From the IMG/VR virus record IMGVR_UViG_3300032435_000001: a stretch of DNA of 64,000 bases, one strand, 5' to 3'. Position 1 is the first letter of the stretch. The number at the start of each line of letters is the position of its first letter. The stretch comes from a virus. The position numbers and the translations under genes are program-made. Shown here in pieces: positions 39,481-48,260 of this stretch. The notes under the pieces were generated by a model, which saw only the letters and a list, made by a program, of their open reading frames with translations, was not told the origin of the DNA and made no database searches.

Positions 39481-40053
39481 CTATTTTACGCCAGTACTAC
39501 CAAAACCCTTATCACTTCTATCAGTTTTAATGTTAATTGAATCTACTTTTACTAGCTCAACATAATTACTACCCATAGCTTTACTTATAACACCTTGCGC
39601 TATTCTATCACCGTTTTGAATTGTGAAGTCTTCTTTACCTAAATTAATTAGTATAATACCTACTTCACCACGGTAATCGGAGTCGATGGTGCCTGGTGAG
39701 TTTAAAACTGATATACCGTTTTTTAAAGCTAACCCACTTCTGGACCTAATTTGTATCTCATGATTTTCAGGTATCTCAAAAAATAAACCAGTTTTAATTA
39801 AACCCCTATCACCAGAGCGTAATGTAATTGGTTCTGATGTATGTGCTCTTATATCAAAACCAGCAGCACCACTTGTCTCATAGTTTGGGTCCTCATTATT
39901 TGATTGGTTTAAGAACTTAAAAACGTTTTCGGTTTCACTTAAAACTGCAAATTCTTTTAAGAAATCCTTATGACTATAGTTACTACTCAAATCTAAAGAT
40001 TCGAATAATTTTGCCTTAATACCTTTTAAACTTCTATTCACTTTTTGTTTCAT
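39481..40053 (-). CDS. dut: Trimeric dUTPase
   Basis: AAGFDI, RSGLA, GTIDSDYRGE, GDRIAQ, R.DKGFGSTG. Confidence 0.96.
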   Translation of the reverse strand: MKQKVNRSLKGIKAKLFESLDLSSNYSHKDFLKEFAVLSETENVFKFLNQSNNEDPNYETSGAAGFDIRAHTSEPITLRSGDRGLIKTGLFFEIPENHEIQIRSRSGLALKNGISVLNSPGTIDSDYRGEVGIILINLGKEDFTIQNGDRIAQGVISKAMGSNYVELVKVDSINIKTDRSDKGFGSTGVK

Positions 40054-40636
40054 TATTTAAACTAATCTTATGATTTATTTGTTCTTCGGCAATAGCTAAT
40101 TGAATAGCTTGTTTTAATATTGTACCTAACATTGATGAATGGTAGTTAGCTTGTTTATCGGTATCATCTTTTGAGAAATTAAGTATAGCTTGATACTCAT
40201 CATCAGTAAAAGTAACACCATTATCCATAGCGTATTTGACGGACCTTTCCCCAACACTCATGGAGGTTGAATCATTTACGAATTCATACATTTTGCCTTG
40301 GTTAGTTCTATGGCATTCCGATAAACAAGGTTTATATAATTTAGCTTTACCTATTTGATGTAAGCAGCAAACTTTTATAAGTGATGCTACGTCAATAACC
40401 ATACCCTTATCTTTTGGTAATACATCATTAATTAAAAACGCATATTTAGTGACCCTTAGAGTGTGGTCAACTAACCCACCTTCAAAAGCATTGTGTAAAT
40501 CACTCATTGTCGAAGCTGGTGCTTCCATAAAATCAGCTCCCAAAAAATCCATTAACTCTTTAGTCATAAAACCATATTTTTCACCTGTTGCGAAATAATG
40601 TTTAATGTTTTTAACTACCCTATCCTTATCTAACAT
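40034..40636 (-). CDS. HD-domain-like protein (YhaM-like) with HD replaced by HQ
   Basis: APAS...H.AFEGGLVDHTLRV, LHQIGK. Confidence 0.7.
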   Translation of the reverse strand: MLDKDRVVKNIKHYFATGEKYGFMTKELMDFLGADFMEAPASTMSDLHNAFEGGLVDHTLRVTKYAFLINDVLPKDKGMVIDVASLIKVCCLHQIGKAKLYKPCLSECHRTNQGKMYEFVNDSTSMSVGERSVKYAMDNGVTFTDDEYQAILNFSKDDTDKQANYHSSMLGTILKQAIQLAIAEEQINHKISLNNETKSE

Positions 40637-40678
40637 AATTTATTTATTTATTCACTCTGTTATTTATTAGACCAGAAA

Positions 40679-40700
40679 ACCCTCTAATTAATTAGAGGGT
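40679..40700. repeat. Perfect 22-bp palindrome
   Basis: accctctaattaattagagggt. Confidence 0.85.
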
Positions 40701-40739
40701 GGGAGGTTACTATTTATAATTCACCTAATTCTTATCTTT

Positions 40740-42035
40740 CTACAAACTTACTAATTTTTTTTGATAATTCACAACTAAATTAAGGTAATAATTTCGTCTA
40801 TCTGTAGTTACACTATCTAATGAAAATTTATCTGATACCGTATCATGTAAATTATTACCAATTTTAGTTATTAATTCTGGGTTATCGACTAATAGTTTTA
40901 TATATTTAAACCAATCTTTATGGTTATTACTATGTTTAACTAAAAACCCATTACCCTTATCATTTACAACACCACCTTTTTCAAAATAATTTATAACATC
41001 TAATTTATAAGGTCCAAAATCCTGAGCTATGATAGGTTTTTTAAACATTCCAGACTCTATGACTTTTAATTGACTCTTCATTTTATTAAAAACGTTATCA
41101 CCTAATGGAGCTAATGATATGTCAAATAAATTATAATTTGAAGCGTAGTTATTAACTGGTTTAGTCCAAACTCGTCTGTATGGTTCGTTAATAACATTTG
41201 GGTATTCCTCATTTGAAAATTTCATTAAGAAACTTTTATACTCATCACTAATAGTAGTATAATTATCTGTAAATATTTTCTCATATTTATACCAAACTGA
41301 TTCTATTGGTGAAATCGCTCTTTGTGTTGTAGTATTATTAACATTATCAATATTTGTTGCGTATCCATTTAAATCAAAACCACATAAAACAAATTGGATT
41401 TTATCCAATAAATTAGCGGCACCCAATTTATTTACTAACCCACTTAATAAATCAATATCTTTCTCATGACTACTACCACCTAACCAACCAATTCGTATCT
41501 TTTTAGATTCTTCTGGTTTAATTAAGAATTGCTTTTCATTTTTATCAATAGCATTAGGTATTACCGACACGTTTTTATTAAACTTAGTAATCTCATCAGC
41601 GAAAATTTGTGTGGTTGTAAGTACGTTATCAGCGTTTTTTATATTTTTTAATATCTTTTTGTCTAATTTATAATGTTTAAATAAGTTAAAAGCTGGGTGG
41701 TGAGTACCTGGTGCCCAATAATCATCAATATCCATAATTGATATAATACCTAATGATTTAAATTTTAAAACTAATTCTTCCATTTTATCATAATCACCAA
41801 TATTTCTATGGTAATGTATAATATCATACTGTTTTAAGAATTCATCACTATTGATATTTGGCTCGAAATCTATGTCGATGTGAAATTCATCTGGGTACAT
41901 TTTCTCTAGGTTTAAATGTGGTTTTGTAGAACGGAAATAACCCACCCCAGTTCGGTCACTAGGTACTACAAGTAATCTAATTTTATGACTAATTGGAGAG
42001 TTTTCGTTTTCAATTTTTGTTATCATATTTCCCAT
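40740..42035 (-). CDS. Glycosyltransferase, GT-B fold
   Basis: GVGYFR..P, DIDDYW, VIPNAID, IGWLGGSSH..D, DISLAPL...FN..KS.LK..E. Confidence 0.88.
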   Translation of the reverse strand: MGNMITKIENENSPISHKIRLLVVPSDRTGVGYFRSTKPHLNLEKMYPDEFHIDIDFEPNINSDEFLKQYDIIHYHRNIGDYDKMEELVLKFKSLGIISIMDIDDYWAPGTHHPAFNLFKHYKLDKKILKNIKNADNVLTTTQIFADEITKFNKNVSVIPNAIDKNEKQFLIKPEESKKIRIGWLGGSSHEKDIDLLSGLVNKLGAANLLDKIQFVLCGFDLNGYATNIDNVNNTTTQRAISPIESVWYKYEKIFTDNYTTISDEYKSFLMKFSNEEYPNVINEPYRRVWTKPVNNYASNYNLFDISLAPLGDNVFNKMKSQLKVIESGMFKKPIIAQDFGPYKLDVINYFEKGGVVNDKGNGFLVKHSNNHKDWFKYIKLLVDNPELITKIGNNLHDTVSDKFSLDSVTTDRRNYYLNLVVNYQKKLVSL

Positions 42036-42084
42036 GACTTTTTTATCTTAAATTATTTATCATATTATCATTATTTTTTTTATA

Positions 42085-42113
42085 ATCATAATCATGTTTT
42101 TCATCTAAGTAAA
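42085..42113 (-). promoter_or_regulatory. Class II promoter TTTACT-N17-TATGAT
   Basis: Upstream of the GT/HD/dut operon. Confidence 0.5.
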
Positions 42114-42132
42114 GTTTTTAAATATCATAAAT

Positions 42133-42159
42133 AAAAAAAGCTACATTATGTAGCTTTTT
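42133..42159 (-). terminator. Intrinsic terminator
   Basis: aaaaagctaca-tta-tgtagcttttt. Confidence 0.75.
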
Positions 42160-42161
42160 AT

Positions 42162-42698
42162 TTATTTTTTATTAACGTTTATCTTACCTTCTTTAATTAG
42201 AGTCGTTATTGTTGTAGTTATAACGCTTTCACTTAAATTCTTTACGAAAGTTTTAGTCATAAACTCCATTAAAGTTTCATTAATCATATTTTTGAGTTGT
42301 GATTCAGTTAAATTGTAAACCTTTTCACCTGAATTATTAGTACCCTCACTAATATTTTTTGGTCTGTAAACTCCCTTACTTGGTATTTGTTTCTCAATTA
42401 AATCCTCACTAACATCAGACAGATTAAATGTTTTAGGTGCGTTATCCGTTTGGTTTTCCAACATCATTTTCTTTATCGCTGGGTCCATTTTACTAGTTTC
42501 CATATTTCTGAATTTACTACCATCATTTTTAGGTTGGTACCCTTGTTCCATTAATTGACTCACTCCTGATTCAGTTAAAGCCATCTCATTAACATGTCCA
42601 GTTGAATAATCCCCATTATCAATCTTATTCATAATTTTTTTAGCATTCCCTAAAATAGCGGAAAGACTACTTAGGTCAACTGGTTTTGGTGATTCCAT
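42162..42698 (-). CDS. Putative head-internal protein
   Basis: LTES, LTESQLKNMINE, LSES motifs. Confidence 0.6.
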   Translation of the reverse strand: MESPKPVDLSSLSAILGNAKKIMNKIDNGDYSTGHVNEMALTESGVSQLMEQGYQPKNDGSKFRNMETSKMDPAIKKMMLENQTDNAPKTFNLSDVSEDLIEKQIPSKGVYRPKNISEGTNNSGEKVYNLTESQLKNMINETLMEFMTKTFVKNLSESVITTTITTLIKEGKINVNKK

Positions 42699-42703
42699 AA
42701 TTT

Positions 42704-43066
42704 TTAAAATTTAGCAACATTATATATTGTTGTCATCATATTATCCCCCATAGAGTTAAATTTAGGTCTAGGGGTGTCAAATGTGTTATCAGTAGCTTCC
42801 CACCTATTAACTCTATCTAACCTAAATAACTTCCATTCTGGTTTAAAGGTTTTTGTATCACCAGAAACTTGATAAGCTCTGACAACTAAATTACCTGTTG
42901 TTGACATACCGAAAGAATAAACCTCAATCGTTCTCAACCCAGCATGGGTATTATCGTCACCAGCATAAGATATGTTAACAACTTGTCTATTATTAATAGC
43001 GTTATTAACTTCATCTCTAGCTGTGCTTTCAAATATAAGTTTAGATAAAATTTTGTAAAGCTTCAT
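42704..43066 (-). CDS. Stand-alone WYL-domain protein (ATG at 43066 preferred over TTG at 43072)
   Basis: AI.NRQVV.ISY, R.IEVY..G, VRAYQ, WKLFRLDRV. Confidence 0.75.
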   Translation of the reverse strand: MKLYKILSKLIFESTARDEVNNAINNRQVVNISYAGDDNTHAGLRTIEVYSFGMSTTGNLVVRAYQVSGDTKTFKPEWKLFRLDRVNRWEATDNTFDTPRPKFNSMGDNMMTTIYNVAKF

Positions 43067-43072
43067 GTGCAA

Positions 43073-43393
43073 CTATATTACAACCATACCAACATTACCT
43101 GAAGTATCTGGATTTTGGTATCTCTCGTTTTTATTATATTGGTTAAAAACTACATTTCCAACTCTACCCGAACCCATAGCATTTGGGATTCCGTAAATGT
43201 CTAAACTACCACCACCGTTCTCAGTATCTAAAAAAACACCAGTACCCTTACCGTTAACTGGAGTTTCATTATCACTCAAAGCTCTTGTGTGTGTGCTACT
43301 ATAGTTATTAGCATCAGCTGTGCTATTGTAATTATTAAAAGGTATTAAAACACCTCTTTGAGCGATTGCTATTTGTTCTAATTTGCTTTGCAT
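43073..43393 (-). CDS. Hypothetical protein, likely virion
   Basis: 106-aa ORF in late operon. Confidence 0.65.
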   Translation of the reverse strand: MQSKLEQIAIAQRGVLIPFNNYNSTADANNYSSTHTRALSDNETPVNGKGTGVFLDTENGGGSLDIYGIPNAMGSGRVGNVVFNQYNKNERYQNPDTSGNVGMVVI

Positions 43394-43409
43394 TTTTTTT
43401 TATTTTTTT

Positions 43410-43910
43410 TTATTTGTTATTTAAAAATTCTATTAACTTATTAATTGAATTAGTTTCTTCGTAAACCGTTCTGTTATTCATAATATTCTTAAGGTTAGTT
43501 CCCTTGTGAATGTTAACTAACCCAACACCCGTAGGGTTTGCATTGTCGGGGTCCTTCTCATGGTTTCTAATGAATTGATTCTCAGCACCAGCATCCATCT
43601 TAGTTTCCTTATAATCGTGAATATCACCCCTTTTAGATTCTAATGCGTTATTAACCCATTTTTGTGTTAATTTACCACCAATTAATTTAAATTCATCATC
43701 AAAACCATCACCTTCATAATTATCAAAAAAATTTTTAATTCTTTTCATTTGAGAATATGAAACTTTTTTTTTACTTAAAATTTCCTTCCCACGCCTAAAA
43801 CCTTTTATATCCTTTTTACTCAAATCAATTTTCGCCATAGCGGATTCTATTTTATGTAAAACATTATCTGGTGGTGTGAAAAACTTATTTTCTAAATCAC
43901 TATTAGCCAT
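43410..43910 (-). CDS. Hypothetical protein
   Basis: 166-aa ORF; YSQMKRIKNFFD, GG....WV...L. Confidence 0.7.
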   Translation of the reverse strand: MANSDLENKFFTPPDNVLHKIESAMAKIDLSKKDIKGFRRGKEILSKKKVSYSQMKRIKNFFDNYEGDGFDDEFKLIGGKLTQKWVNNALESKRGDIHDYKETKMDAGAENQFIRNHEKDPDNANPTGVGLVNIHKGTNLKNIMNNRTVYEETNSINKLIEFLNNK

Positions 43911-43912
43911 TT

Positions 43913-44416
43913 TTAATTAAATAAGTTTTTAATGTTATTTTTATAAATATCAGGTAATTGATTTACATTTAAATTTGATAAAATATAATACAAAGCTATG
44001 CCAGTTTGTTCGCCATTTAAACCATTTTTATTAACACTACTTATGAATTCATTACACTTATTAACAACTATGGGTTTTTGGTGTACACTACTCAAATCAT
44101 TTATATCTGGTATTGTATTCCCATCTAAATCAGAATTAACATTTTCAACAAGTTCGTCTTCAGCTTCATCCGACTCAACCCTAACGTTCATTGGGTAACC
44201 ACCTACGCCACCATATAAAGAATTAATTGTATTTTGTTGCACACCAGCAGCTCTTACGGCATCGGTGGTCTTAGCACTTTCTATTTCACTACCCATGTTA
44301 GTTTCATCGCCCTCTATAGGTGTACCATCAGAATCTACCAATTCCGTTATCTTAACATTACCGTTATTTTCAACTATAAATTTAATATTTTTTAATAGTT
44401 TCTTTTTAATAATCAT
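43913..44416 (-). CDS. Putative head-internal protein
   Basis: Basic leader then IVE/ITE/LVE; ELVDSDG; late motif upstream. Confidence 0.6.
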   Translation of the reverse strand: MIIKKKLLKNIKFIVENNGNVKITELVDSDGTPIEGDETNMGSEIESAKTTDAVRAAGVQQNTINSLYGGVGGYPMNVRVESDEAEDELVENVNSDLDGNTIPDINDLSSVHQKPIVVNKCNEFISSVNKNGLNGEQTGIALYYILSNLNVNQLPDIYKNNIKNLFN

Positions 44417-44433
44417 AATAAATAGCTTTTTTA

Positions 44434-44463
44434 ATAAATATAACGAATATTGTTAATATTTAT
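44434..44463. promoter_or_regulatory. Back-to-back late promoters (TATTTAT on each strand)
   Basis: TATTTAT on minus at 44440-44434 and on plus at 44457-44463. Confidence 0.65.
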
Positions 44464-44479
44464 TAAAAAATAAGTATTC

Positions 44480-46534
44480 ATGGGATTTAGAACAAAAATT
44501 GATTTTTCAAATAATAGACAAGTAAATCAAAGGCAACAAACTTTAACCGAACTTTTTGGTAGAACAGACTTTGGTTTACCTATTAGTGGGCTAACTAGTG
44601 GCCCTAATTTAAGTTCAGCCTATATTAGTGGGGTTGATGAGAATATAGTTTCAACTTTCTCAGGTAATGTGACAACAACCGTATTTAATTTTGGGATTCC
44701 GATAATGAATGATGGTGCTATGTATTTAAATACTATCACAAATCAAAATCAAAATGTTGACCAAGAAATATTAGAGCCTTTTTTTAATGGTGTTAACCTC
44801 TCAATAAACCCTTATTTTGGTAATAATGTTTATGAATTTTATAGTGGTTTAACATTTGATATCACGGTAACCAACTTTGAGGAAATATCAGTAGGTATTT
44901 TCACTGGTTCATTATTAACTAATATTGTAACTTATTATACAGCTGATTCCAACGATTATAATGGGGATGGTACGTGGGTTAATGTTAATGGAATTTTAAA
45001 AACTAAAAATTTATACGTATCTAGTGGTGCCACAACTGGTTTAATATTAACAGCTTTAGATGATAATGGTAAAGTTGGCTGGGGGCCTAATTACGCTGGT
45101 AGTGGTAATACTAGTTTATGGACTGGTAGTACTGGTTTAAACTCAGTAACAGCGGTAGGTCATGGGTCGGATTCCTCTGGTTTGCAAAGTGTTAGTTTTG
45201 GTAATAATGTAATTGCTAGTGGTGAATATAGCCATGCTCAGGGGTGGTCGACCATTGCTAGTGGTGTATTTTCACACGCTGAGGGTCAAGGTACTATAGC
45301 AAGTGGTCAACCATCACACGCTGAGGGTAGGGATACCGTAGCTAGTGGTAATAGTTCGCATGCTGAAGGTTATTTAAGTCAAGCTATTGGTGGTGCCTCA
45401 CATGCTGAAGGTAAAGGTACTGTTGCTATTGGGTTATTTTCACACGCTGAGGGTGAGGAATCTACTGCTAGTGGTGATTATAGTCATTCTGAGGGGTATA
45501 TTACCACGGCTATTGGTGATGGTTCACATGCTGAAGGTAGGGATACAATAGCTAGTGGGCCCGCTTCACATGCTGAGGGGTTAATAACATTGGCTAGTGG
45601 ATTTGAATCACATGCTGAAGGTTTTTTAACTCAAGCTACTGGTGGCGCATCACATGCTGAAGGTACTCAAACGATTGCTAGTGGTGACGGTTCACATGCT
45701 GAAGGTGATAATACTGTGGCTAGCGGTCCAATATCGCATGGTGAAGGTTTATATACCATAGCAAGTGGTTTTGCATCGCATGCTGAAGGTAGTGATACTG
45801 TAGCTAGTGGACCATTTTCTCATGCTGAGGGTAGGGAAAGTGTTGCTAGTGGTAATACTTCACATGCTGAGGGTAGGACGACTATTGCTGGTGGTGATAA
45901 TTCACATGCTGAGGGTAGGGATACCTCTGCTAGTGGTGACGATTCACATGCTGAAGGTTATAATACTGTGGCTATTGGTGGTGCCTCACATGCTGAAGGT
46001 TTTCAAACATTAGCTGGTGGTTTTGTATCACATGCTGAAGGTTTAAATACTACTGCTATTGGGTCGGGTAGTCATTCTGGTGGTGGTGGGTTTAACAATT
46101 TAAATAGGGTCGTTGCTAGTGGTTCTACATCATTCGTACATTTCGCTCAAACAGTCGCTAGTGGTAATATCGGAGCTTTTGGTGATTTTAGTTCTATTTT
46201 AGGGGGTGTTGACCACTTAATTGAACTTGGTTCCAATTCAAGTATTATATTGGGTGGGAATCAGAATCTGATTAAAGGAAATGCGATTGATTCCGCTATA
46301 ATAGCAGGTAAAAATAATATTATAAATGTTGGTATTAGAGGTGCTGTAATCTTAGGTGGGGAAGGTATTATCGCTGAAAATATAAACACAACTTACATAC
46401 CAAATTTAGAAGTTGTAAGTGGAGTTATAAAGTTACATAACTTACCAATATTTGATTCAGACGCATTGGCTAATAGTTTAGCTATTAATCAATTATATAA
46501 AACATCAACTGGTGAGTTGAGAATAAAACTATAA
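44480..46534 (+). CDS. Fibre/adhesin-like virion protein with YadA-head (Hep/Hag-like) SHAEG beta-roll
   Basis: 20-21 copies of the 14-aa unit ASGxxSHAEGxxTx, followed by SxILGG repeats. Confidence 0.85.
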   Translation: MGFRTKIDFSNNRQVNQRQQTLTELFGRTDFGLPISGLTSGPNLSSAYISGVDENIVSTFSGNVTTTVFNFGIPIMNDGAMYLNTITNQNQNVDQEILEPFFNGVNLSINPYFGNNVYEFYSGLTFDITVTNFEEISVGIFTGSLLTNIVTYYTADSNDYNGDGTWVNVNGILKTKNLYVSSGATTGLILTALDDNGKVGWGPNYAGSGNTSLWTGSTGLNSVTAVGHGSDSSGLQSVSFGNNVIASGEYSHAQGWSTIASGVFSHAEGQGTIASGQPSHAEGRDTVASGNSSHAEGYLSQAIGGASHAEGKGTVAIGLFSHAEGEESTASGDYSHSEGYITTAIGDGSHAEGRDTIASGPASHAEGLITLASGFESHAEGFLTQATGGASHAEGTQTIASGDGSHAEGDNTVASGPISHGEGLYTIASGFASHAEGSDTVASGPFSHAEGRESVASGNTSHAEGRTTIAGGDNSHAEGRDTSASGDDSHAEGYNTVAIGGASHAEGFQTLAGGFVSHAEGLNTTAIGSGSHSGGGGFNNLNRVVASGSTSFVHFAQTVASGNIGAFGDFSSILGGVDHLIELGSNSSIILGGNQNLIKGNAIDSAIIAGKNNIINVGIRGAVILGGEGIIAENINTTYIPNLEVVSGVIKLHNLPIFDSDALANSLAINQLYKTSTGELRIKL
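45230..46083 (+). repeat. 42-nt coding tandem repeat array (SHAEG)
   Basis: tcacatgctga[a/g]ggt core every 42 nt. Confidence 0.92.
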
Positions 46535-46537
46535 TAT

Positions 46538-48199
46538 ATGAGTAATATAAAAAATTTTAATTTTAACAATTTAGATTTGAGGCTTAGTAATAGTGAGTTT
46601 TATGATTTTTATCTTGGTACCGATGAAGATTATAGAACTAACTATGATTGTTTAATAAGTAATGAATGCCTAATTTCTAATTTTGATTTTAACGATTCAG
46701 AAACAATATTACCTAGTGATACTAAAACAATCTTTAGTTTAGATAATTGGATTGGAGCCACTAATAATGGTATCTTAATCACAACATATGGATTAACTGG
46801 TATTGATAATGGTGTAATACCTTATAATGATACAAATATTGACCCCACAAATCAAAACCTAGTAGATTTATTAACTGGTAGTTCGTTAACCATATCATCT
46901 GGTGAGACTAGATTTTTCATGAGTCAAGTTAGTGGTTCAACAAATTCCATTGATTACCCAATTGAATACGTTACTGGTTCAACAATTGGCTCATATATGG
47001 ATTTTAAGGGTGGTTTCTACCAAGGTTATTATAAATTGGAGGGATATGATTACGAGGTGTTACCTAATAGGGTAAATAAGGGTATTATGTTTGATTTTTG
47101 GTTGAATAAGAATGATGATTTAATTTCCAATTCGAATGATACAATTTTAAATGATTTATACCCTAATAATAAAGGTTTTTTCTTCTATTGGGGAACTAGA
47201 GCTGAGAATAAGTTTTGGAGTCAATGGGAAGGGTTAAACACTGGTTTAACCTCTAATTGTACAAGTGGTGCTACTGATTATTGTACGATACCTAAGGAAT
47301 TGAATTTTGATATCGTTAATGAAGAGGGCCTAATATTACCTTTAAACCCACCATTAACAACTTTTAACGTAATTAGTAATGAATTTCTAATATATGGTAG
47401 GGCTAGAGGTACATCTTGTGGTTATGATTCTAATCCTAATAGGTTAGCAACTGTATTAGCTAAAGACGTTAGTGGTGCTACACCAACAATAACAGTTAGT
47501 GGGGTTAGTAGTAGTGTCGTAAACACTTTAAACCCATTTTTAATATATGGTAGAGCTAGAGGTGGTTATGGTACTGGTCGTAGACCTAGTGATGGGTATG
47601 GTAGGGAGACAACTGAAAGTTTTAGTGGTACAACAACACCTATAACTGAGTTAGACAAAGATTTTGATATAATTGATAACGCATTAGGTTTTAGAATTAA
47701 AGACGATGGTAGTATAGGTTATAGAATGCTTACATTAACATCAACTTGTGTTGGTGATGTAACAATTAGTGGCGTTTCAGTTATGGAGGAATATTCTATG
47801 AGTGGTGTTGTTACCGATAATTCTTGGGAACACATATCTGTAAGGTGGGTAGCTGATGCATATTACGATGATTGTGAATTAGTTAACGGTAGTAGAAGAA
47901 ATGGTCGTTTACTTTTTTATGTGAATTGCAAACTTAAGTTTATTGTTGAGGATTTTAAAGAGTTCATAACAAAACCTTTAGGTGATTATAAAGAAAAGCA
48001 AGTTGGGGTACCCTATAACATTAGTTTAGGTGGTGGGTCCCAAGGTTTACTTGAAAGCATGACATTTGATGGGCAAGACCCAAATGATTTAAATTTAATG
48101 ATTCAAGAAAATTTTGCTGGAACATTTATAGGGTCAATATCGAAATTTAAAATATTTGGTTGTGACGTTAATTGGTGTGCTATAAAAGCTTTGTGTTAA
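46538..48199 (+). CDS. Virion structural protein (LamG/ConA-like C-terminal features)
   Basis: W.HISV.W, LLFYVN, ISLGGG, FIGSISKFKI; rich in SGxT motifs. Confidence 0.6.
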   Translation: MSNIKNFNFNNLDLRLSNSEFYDFYLGTDEDYRTNYDCLISNECLISNFDFNDSETILPSDTKTIFSLDNWIGATNNGILITTYGLTGIDNGVIPYNDTNIDPTNQNLVDLLTGSSLTISSGETRFFMSQVSGSTNSIDYPIEYVTGSTIGSYMDFKGGFYQGYYKLEGYDYEVLPNRVNKGIMFDFWLNKNDDLISNSNDTILNDLYPNNKGFFFYWGTRAENKFWSQWEGLNTGLTSNCTSGATDYCTIPKELNFDIVNEEGLILPLNPPLTTFNVISNEFLIYGRARGTSCGYDSNPNRLATVLAKDVSGATPTITVSGVSSSVVNTLNPFLIYGRARGGYGTGRRPSDGYGRETTESFSGTTTPITELDKDFDIIDNALGFRIKDDGSIGYRMLTLTSTCVGDVTISGVSVMEEYSMSGVVTDNSWEHISVRWVADAYYDDCELVNGSRRNGRLLFYVNCKLKFIVEDFKEFITKPLGDYKEKQVGVPYNISLGGGSQGLLESMTFDGQDPNDLNLMIQENFAGTFIGSISKFKIFGCDVNWCAIKALC

Positions 48200-48260
48200 A
48201 TTAGCGGTTATAGTAACTTATAAAATAAAAAAACTATTTATAGATAACTTAAAATATATC

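Noticed and set aside
45230-46083. CRISPR-like periodic repeat (tcacatgctgaaggt plus variable spacer)
   Set aside because: The 42-nt period is in frame within a long ORF, variation is synonymous, spacers are mutually similar and there are no cas genes
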